In this document: positions 58,142 through 64,000 of the stretch, in pieces | Layout of the letters: each line of letters begins with the position of its first letter | How positions within the stretch are numbered: the stretch's first letter is position 1 | Virus record (IMG/VR): IMGVR_UViG_3300037067_011302 | Coordinates: 64,001 to 128,000 of that record | DNA: 64,000 nt | Source of the DNA: a virus | Lineage: Duplodnaviria; Caudoviricetes | Reading direction: 5' to 3' (one strand) | Made by a program: the position numbers and the translations under genes | Notes under the pieces: generated by a model | Databases searched by the model: none | The model's input: the letters and a program-made list of their open reading frames with translations, nothing else | Told to the model about the DNA's origin: nothing

Positions 58142-58362
58142 ATCTGATCCTCTGATATCAGAGATCTATTTATAGCTTTAAAGCTGTAAAGCTTTAAATC
58201 TGATCCTCTGATATCAGAGATCTATTTATAGCTTTAAAGCTGTAAAGCTTTAAATCTGATCCTCTGATATCAGAGATCTAGATTTTAAGATCTTAAATTT
58301 AAGATCTTAAATATTTAAGATCTTAAATTCTGATCTCTGATATTCTCTGATATCAGAGATAT
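58142..58362. repeat. AT-rich palindromic tandem repeat, candidate replication origin
   Basis: 56-bp unit at 58142, 58198 and partial 58254; palindromes CTCTGATATCAGAG x4, AGCTTTAAAGCT x2, TTTAAGATCTTAAA x3; located at the strand switch. Confidence 0.85.
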
Positions 58363-58520
58363 TACATTGTTTTCAACTTGATCAAGTATTTTTCACTTTT
58401 TTCAATTTATTTCTATTTGATCAGTAAATGGCGCGCGAGCATACAAGAGCACGCCCGCGCGCGGGCTCGCGGGAACACAATTGTTGTTCAGTGAATGCGA
58501 ACGTAGTACAATGTTGAGGT

Positions 58521-60437
58521 ATGTTTGCAGACAACATCTTCTCACAGTCGACCATTCCAGAACAAGCAAAAATCGTCTTCGTTGCAGATCTCTTTGCTGA
58601 AGACTACACTGGTGGTGCTGAACTGACGACTCAAGCTTTGATCGATTCGTGTCCATTTGAACACTGTGAATTGCGATCTGCACAGGTCTCAATTGAAACA
58701 CTTAGGCAGGGAGCAGACAAATTTTGGATCTTTGGGAACTTTGCCAAACTCAATCCCCAGTTGATCCCAACGATAGTTGGCAATCTCCAATATGCAATTC
58801 TTGAGTACGATTACAAGTACTGTCAACATCGATCTCCAGAAAAACATGCATCGATCACCGGATCACCATGTGATTGCCACAACATGTTGAATGGAAAGAT
58901 TATTTCAGCATTCTACTACGGTGCAAAGGCACTCTGGTGGATGTCAGAGAAACAAAAAGAACGTTACCAAACGTTGTTTCCTTTCTTGAGTGAGAAAGAT
59001 AACTTTGTCCTGTCCAGCGTATTCGATCACAAGACGCTTGGCACGATCAAGCAATTACGATCGTTGGCAACTTCAACCGGAATCTCCAGAAACAAATGGA
59101 TCGTGTTGGGTTCTGACTCTTGGATCAAAGGATTTCAGGATGCAAAGGATTGGTGTGTAAAGAATGACGTTGATCACGATGTAGTGTGGAACGTGCCGTA
59201 CGATGTCATGTTGAAGATCCTATCAACTGCGAAAGGATTTGTGTACCTTCCCAAAGGAGGAGATACGTGTCCTAGAATGGTGATCGAGGCGAAACTCCTC
59301 GGATGTGAATTGCAGATCAATGAAAATGTGCAGCATGCCGCTGAATCTTGGTTTAATGCCTCTCTTGAGGAGATCGAAGAGTACCTATACTCAGCCCCAG
59401 GATTGTTTTGGACCGCCACGAAGAAGCTGATGGACTATCGACCTACGATCAGCGGATACACGACGACGTTCAATTGCATCAAGCAATCGTACCCATTCAT
59501 CCAGTGCATCAAGTCGATGTTGACGCTTTGTGATGAGGTCTGCATCGTCGACGGAGGATCTGACGATGGTACGTTTGAAAAGTTATTGAAGATGCACGAT
59601 GAAGATCCACGAATTCGAGTTCGCCGAGTCTCTCGCGATTGGACACACCCACGTTCAGCACTGTTCGACGGAATGCAGAAGGCAGAAGCAAGGACGATGT
59701 GTAAGTGTGAATTCTGTTGGCAGATGGACTCCGACGAAGTCATTCACGAGGATGACGTCAAGAAGGTCGTCGACATATGTTACCGCCTACCAAAAAACGT
59801 CAACGTTGTCTCCCTTCCAGTGATTGAATACTGGGGCGGTCCCGAGAAGGTTCGATTTGATGTCACGCCTTGGAAGTGGCGATTGACGCGGAACGTTCCG
59901 ACGTTGACGCATGGAATTCCAAAATCGTTACGTCGGTACGATGAAAGTGGTGAACTATACGCTGCACCTGGAACTGATGGGTGTGATGTGATTGATTCGA
60001 TCACCGGTGAGTGTCTACCACACGTTTCATTCTACACGCAGGAGGCCGACAAAATACGTTGTGAGGCACTGTCGGGCAATGAAGAAGCAAGAAAAACATA
60101 CGAACGATGGTTCAACGAAATCACCGAAAATGTTCCTGGCGTGTTTCACTATAGTTGGTACGACCTTGAACGTAAGATCAGGCTCTACAAGGATTTCTGG
60201 ACGCGTCATTGGAGTGTGTTGGAAGGAAAGACGTACGAAGACACGACAGAGACGAACATGATGTTCGACGTGCCGTGGTCAGAGGTCACCGACAAGATGA
60301 TTGAAGAACGTGCTGCGCTGATGAAGGTCCTGCTAGGAGGATGGGTGTGGCACCGAAAGTGGGACGGAAGGACGATGACGCCGCACATCACGTGTTCAAG
60401 GCGACAACCGGCAATCATGATCGAGGAGTGTAAGTAA
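58521..60437 (+). CDS. Two-domain glycosyltransferase (GT-B-like + GT2)
   Basis: GGAE; DTCPRMVIEAKLLGC; IVDGGSDDGT; QMDSDE. Confidence 0.85.
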   Translation: MFADNIFSQSTIPEQAKIVFVADLFAEDYTGGAELTTQALIDSCPFEHCELRSAQVSIETLRQGADKFWIFGNFAKLNPQLIPTIVGNLQYAILEYDYKYCQHRSPEKHASITGSPCDCHNMLNGKIISAFYYGAKALWWMSEKQKERYQTLFPFLSEKDNFVLSSVFDHKTLGTIKQLRSLATSTGISRNKWIVLGSDSWIKGFQDAKDWCVKNDVDHDVVWNVPYDVMLKILSTAKGFVYLPKGGDTCPRMVIEAKLLGCELQINENVQHAAESWFNASLEEIEEYLYSAPGLFWTATKKLMDYRPTISGYTTTFNCIKQSYPFIQCIKSMLTLCDEVCIVDGGSDDGTFEKLLKMHDEDPRIRVRRVSRDWTHPRSALFDGMQKAEARTMCKCEFCWQMDSDEVIHEDDVKKVVDICYRLPKNVNVVSLPVIEYWGGPEKVRFDVTPWKWRLTRNVPTLTHGIPKSLRRYDESGELYAAPGTDGCDVIDSITGECLPHVSFYTQEADKIRCEALSGNEEARKTYERWFNEITENVPGVFHYSWYDLERKIRLYKDFWTRHWSVLEGKTYEDTTETNMMFDVPWSEVTDKMIEERAALMKVLLGGWVWHRKWDGRTMTPHITCSRRQPAIMIEECK

Positions 60438-61177
60438 TGAGGATCGTTCACATCAAACAGAAGTTGGAAGAACTACAGGTTGCCACCGACGGGATTGTCC
60501 TCGGCGATTTCGACATGATCGGTGAGTTTACGGCGAAGAGGTTCAGAGACCGCAACGATCCAAACTACAAGAAGTTCGGTGCGGCGTACAGAAGCAACTA
60601 TGAACGCGGCATCCTCGTTTACTTCCTGATCAGGCAATTAAACATCAAGACGATGTTGGAGATCGGCTTTGGAAGGGGATACGCAACCTTCTGCGCCGCG
60701 AAGGCGTTCGATGATGCCGGCGTCAAGGGAAAGATCGTAACGATCGATCCGAACGTCAATGAGGAACACGTCAACGCACTACAACGAGTTTTCCCCAGTT
60801 CGTGGTTCAAACACGTGAACCTCATCAAGGGACTGTCACAGGATGTCATTCCGAAGCTCAATGAACAATTTGGGCTCGTCTACATCAACGGCGATCATTC
60901 GATGGACGCAACGAAGCGTGATTGGGAATTGACGAACGTAAAGTGTACTCACGCAACGTTGTTCGATGATTATCACCTTCCATCGAAGGACGATCCTGGA
61001 ATCCATTGTCGTGATGCGATTGATCAGATTGATTGGAAGTCGAGTGGATTTCAAGAACCTGAATTGATCAAGCTGGACAGGAGAATCTTTGTCGATGAGA
61101 GAAGGTACACCGACGAACAGGTCGACTACGGTCAGGTCTTGGCACTCAAGGAAGGCGTCGGAATTCCGGAGTGGTAA
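60437..61177 (+). CDS. Class I SAM-dependent methyltransferase (small-molecule/sugar type)
   Basis: LEIGFGRGY; YINGDHS; FDDY. Confidence 0.8.
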   Translation: MRIVHIKQKLEELQVATDGIVLGDFDMIGEFTAKRFRDRNDPNYKKFGAAYRSNYERGILVYFLIRQLNIKTMLEIGFGRGYATFCAAKAFDDAGVKGKIVTIDPNVNEEHVNALQRVFPSSWFKHVNLIKGLSQDVIPKLNEQFGLVYINGDHSMDATKRDWELTNVKCTHATLFDDYHLPSKDDPGIHCRDAIDQIDWKSSGFQEPELIKLDRRIFVDERRYTDEQVDYGQVLALKEGVGIPEW

Positions 61178-61950
61178 TGGCTTCTGTCAAAGATAATCGT
61201 TTTGTGTTCGTGGCGTGCCATTTTAACATGGCTGACACCCTTTCTAGGATGCTTCATAGCATCGTCGGTCAATCGTACGAGAACTGGAAGCTCATCATCA
61301 CCGACGATGTTTCGGATCCTGATCAGTACGAAGCGCTGAAAGAAACTGTCAGTAAGTTCAGGACGCTCATGGGTTCGAGCACAAAGATTGAGACGTTCTT
61401 CAATGATACGAAGAGGTGGGAGGTAGAAAACGTCCTTCGTGCCATCAAGGAATGTGATGATGATGACATCATCTGTAGGATTGACTGCGATGATTGGTTG
61501 ACAGATGCTGATGCATTGTCGATCATCGATCATGCATATAAGTCATATGCTGTCGTTGATGCAATGTGGACGAAGCACAGGTGGGGATTCAGCGATAGAA
61601 ACATCAGCAATGACATGTCACAGGGTGCTGATCCATACGTGCACCCATGGGTTTCCTCTCACCTGAAGACGTTTCGAAAGAAGTTGTTGAACGGCATCCC
61701 AGTAGAAAATTTCAAGAACCAAGCAGGACAGTTTGTGCGTCGGGCAGGAGATCAGGCGATCTATTTACCGGCGCTCAAACGAGCAAACATGTGGTGCTTC
61801 ATTCCTCGTGTAATGTATCACTACTCGATCGACGAACGTGGAGGCGAGGTCTACACGACAGATGATGCAAAGTTTCAACGTGGTGAAGCTGAATTCTTGA
61901 GGGAACGAGGCTACGTCAACGAAGGCGAGCCGTGGGAGAAGTTTGTGTGA
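61177..61950 (+). CDS. Glycosyltransferase family 2
   Basis: SI.GQSY.NW.LII.DD.S; IDCDDWL. Confidence 0.88.
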   Translation: MASVKDNRFVFVACHFNMADTLSRMLHSIVGQSYENWKLIITDDVSDPDQYEALKETVSKFRTLMGSSTKIETFFNDTKRWEVENVLRAIKECDDDDIICRIDCDDWLTDADALSIIDHAYKSYAVVDAMWTKHRWGFSDRNISNDMSQGADPYVHPWVSSHLKTFRKKLLNGIPVENFKNQAGQFVRRAGDQAIYLPALKRANMWCFIPRVMYHYSIDERGGEVYTTDDAKFQRGEAEFLRERGYVNEGEPWEKFV

Positions 61951-62846
61951 GAATACACATCAATCGAGTTCCTATCAGGGACAAGGCATGGGGCGGCGGT
62001 AGGCACTTTTACAACGCAGTACACGATTATGCGCCTGAATTTGGGTGTGAGCTCGTCGGAGCAACACACGTGCCTGATGCATACCTGATCGCAGGGCTCG
62101 ATGACGATGATTGTTGCGTGTCGGCCGAAAAATTGTTGATGTACCGTGCACTCAGTTCTGATGTTAGGATTAGAACCGTCATTCGTGTGAATGAAAATGA
62201 CGCTAGGAAGAACACGAGGTTCGTTGATGAACGTTTGTTGAACCTGTCGTCGCGAGTTGATGGGACCGTGTTCGTGTCAAATTGGCTGCGTGATTACTTC
62301 GTGCACCGAGGTTGGAAGTGTCGCAACAATTGCGTGATTCACAACGGTGTCGACAGGAATGTTTTTCGTCGTTCACAGAAGATTGACAACGGAAAAGTCA
62401 ACATCGTCACGGCACATTGGAGTGACAATGCATTGAAGGGTCAGGACGTTGTTGAATGGTTGGATGAGTTCGTCGGAATGAACGCTGAACGATACACGTA
62501 CACGTACATCGGTAGGACAAAGGTCCGACTACGTAATTCTAAGCTGATTGCACCATTGTATGGTAAGGCACTCGGTGAAGAACTTGGTCGGTACGACGTG
62601 TGCATCAATGCAACGAGGTTCGATCCAGGACCGAACTCAGTGCTTGAACCAATCGCTTGTGAAATTCCAACGTACGTACACGTCGACGGAGGAGGTGCAG
62701 TTGAATTTGCTGGTTCAGATCACGCGTTTTCAAACACAAAAGAGTTGGAGATGATTGTCCTAGGTGAGCACGAATTGAACTCATTTGTGCCTAGCGAGTG
62801 GCGAAACGTCGTGAAGGAGTATGTTGATTTCGTCAGGAGCATTTAG
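61947..62846 (+). CDS. Glycosyltransferase, GT-B (GT4-like)
   Basis: WGGG; VFVS; IHNGVD; KG; DPGPNSVLE. Confidence 0.85.
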   Translation: MRIHINRVPIRDKAWGGGRHFYNAVHDYAPEFGCELVGATHVPDAYLIAGLDDDDCCVSAEKLLMYRALSSDVRIRTVIRVNENDARKNTRFVDERLLNLSSRVDGTVFVSNWLRDYFVHRGWKCRNNCVIHNGVDRNVFRRSQKIDNGKVNIVTAHWSDNALKGQDVVEWLDEFVGMNAERYTYTYIGRTKVRLRNSKLIAPLYGKALGEELGRYDVCINATRFDPGPNSVLEPIACEIPTYVHVDGGGAVEFAGSDHAFSNTKELEMIVLGEHELNSFVPSEWRNVVKEYVDFVRSI

Positions 62847-62852
62847 AGTTCA

Positions 62853-63221
62853 ATGAAGGACACTGTAAAATTACATGAACTTTTCACAACGATCATAGGA
62901 GAACGTCTCACCGACATCATGATGCATCGGTCGTTGAATCACACCACGTGTGTCGAGATCTATCAAGTCATCTTCAACGTATTGTCTGACATCATTTCGA
63001 CGGCAAATGTACCGTTGACAAACGAGTCGATGAACTACGTTGCTCAACAGTACTATGACGGCGTGCTCATTAATGGAAACGCTGAACTCGATCCAAACAT
63101 CTTTGAACAACGTGCAAGGCTCGAAAACGTTGACACAAAGCAACTGGGATTGTTGATGGCGATGTTCAATCACACGCCGTTCGTCGTTCCGATCGTTGAG
63201 GAGTTTCGGAGGAGGAATTGA
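62853..63221 (+). CDS. Hypothetical protein
   Basis: 122-aa ORF within the operon. Confidence 0.65.
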   Translation: MKDTVKLHELFTTIIGERLTDIMMHRSLNHTTCVEIYQVIFNVLSDIISTANVPLTNESMNYVAQQYYDGVLINGNAELDPNIFEQRARLENVDTKQLGLLMAMFNHTPFVVPIVEEFRRRN

Positions 63222-64000
63222 GGGTACACTTTGACGGCGTCGACTTAGGTTCTTACAGCGGTCCAAACACGATGGCGAGAAATCTCGTCGTCGCAATGGT
63301 TGAGATGGGACATGAGATCGTCGACGAAGGTTCACGTGCAGACGTTTCATTGGTGTTCATTGAACCTTCTGGAAAACCACTCGCCAAGAAAGTCGTTCAG
63401 AGGCTAGATGGCATCTGGTTTTCACCTTCCGACTTCCTCATGAAAAATCGTAGGATCAAGTTGCTGTACGAATCCTGTGATCACGTCATTTGGCAGTCAG
63501 AATTCGACAGGATGATGACGACGAGGTGGTGGGGACAACCTCGCGTTGGAACGGTGATTCACAATGGAACGCCTGCTAACTCAGTCAAGTCATTTTCAAT
63601 TCCAGAATTTGAAAAGCTACGCAACGATCATGACGTGATCTTTGTGAGCTCTGCCAACTGGCACGGGCAAAAGCGTCTTCGCGCGAATGTAGATTTTTAC
63701 TACTATGCCAAGGATTCATTGTGTGCAGGCAAGAAGTGTTGCATGTTGATCTTTGGAACGAATCCTGATCGATTGATGGCGGATCCGACAATCTTCTATG
63801 CCGGATTGCAGTCGATGAACGTGTGTTTGGAAGCCTATTCGATGGCCGACTGGATGATTCACCTTGCGTGGTGCGATCACTCACCGAATACCGTCGTCCA
63901 GTGCCTATCGCAGGAAACGCCGGTGATCTGTACTGAAGCCGGTGGAACGGTTGAACTCGTTGATAAATTTGGCATCACGTTGAAGGAACCTTGGGACTAT
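63218..64000 (+). CDS. Glycosyltransferase, GT-B (GT4-like), 3'-truncated by window edge
   Basis: TTG start after GGAGG; SGPN; QRLDG; WQS; IHNG; DHSPNTVV; GGTVE; absent from the ORF track because it runs off the end. Confidence 0.85.
   Translation, partial: MRVHFDGVDLGSYSGPNTMARNLVVAMVEMGHEIVDEGSRADVSLVFIEPSGKPLAKKVVQRLDGIWFSPSDFLMKNRRIKLLYESCDHVIWQSEFDRMMTTRWWGQPRVGTVIHNGTPANSVKSFSIPEFEKLRNDHDVIFVSSANWHGQKRLRANVDFYYYAKDSLCAGKKCCMLIFGTNPDRLMADPTIFYAGLQSMNVCLEAYSMADWMIHLAWCDHSPNTVVQCLSQETPVICTEAGGTVELVDKFGITLKEPWDY

Noticed and set aside
58142-58362. CRISPR array
   Set aside because: Units are identical tandem copies with no unique spacers
1-64000. Genome-wide TAG recoding
   Set aside because: Long genes are uninterrupted in the standard code, and several end sensibly in TAG (2810, 8478, 23986, 62846)

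Overview
The window is a 64-kb segment of a large tailed dsDNA phage with a T4-like head module. It carries the major capsid, scaffold, prohead protease, portal, large terminase, an Mre11-Rad50 fusion, primase, RuvC, tail/baseplate-type genes, PhoH, a DinG helicase, ClpP, a divergent GroEL and a glycosyltransferase cluster. Genes run mostly on the minus strand up to ~58.05 kb. They then switch to plus across an AT-rich, palindrome-packed tandem repeat that is a candidate replication origin. A captured GltG/PglI-type gliding-motility domain points to a myxobacterial (Sorangium/Polyangium-like) host. Six features stand out. (1) A 14-bp motif, AGGARYTAANTCTY, forms helically phased arrays in one intergenic region and in frame inside both HNH inteins of the portal. 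(2) A nuclease plus nuclease-methyltransferase gene pair sharing one zinc-finger module lies directly behind the largest array. (3) A dispersed four-copy family combines a shared N-terminal leader, a WCIT domain and variable 24-aa repeats. (4) The host motility domain is fused to a similar phage leader. (5) The head-assembly genes contain three inteins. (6) A tail-fibre locus is interrupted by an antisense coding fragment. All family assignments come from motif recognition, not database searches. No tRNA, rRNA or CRISPR array was seen.
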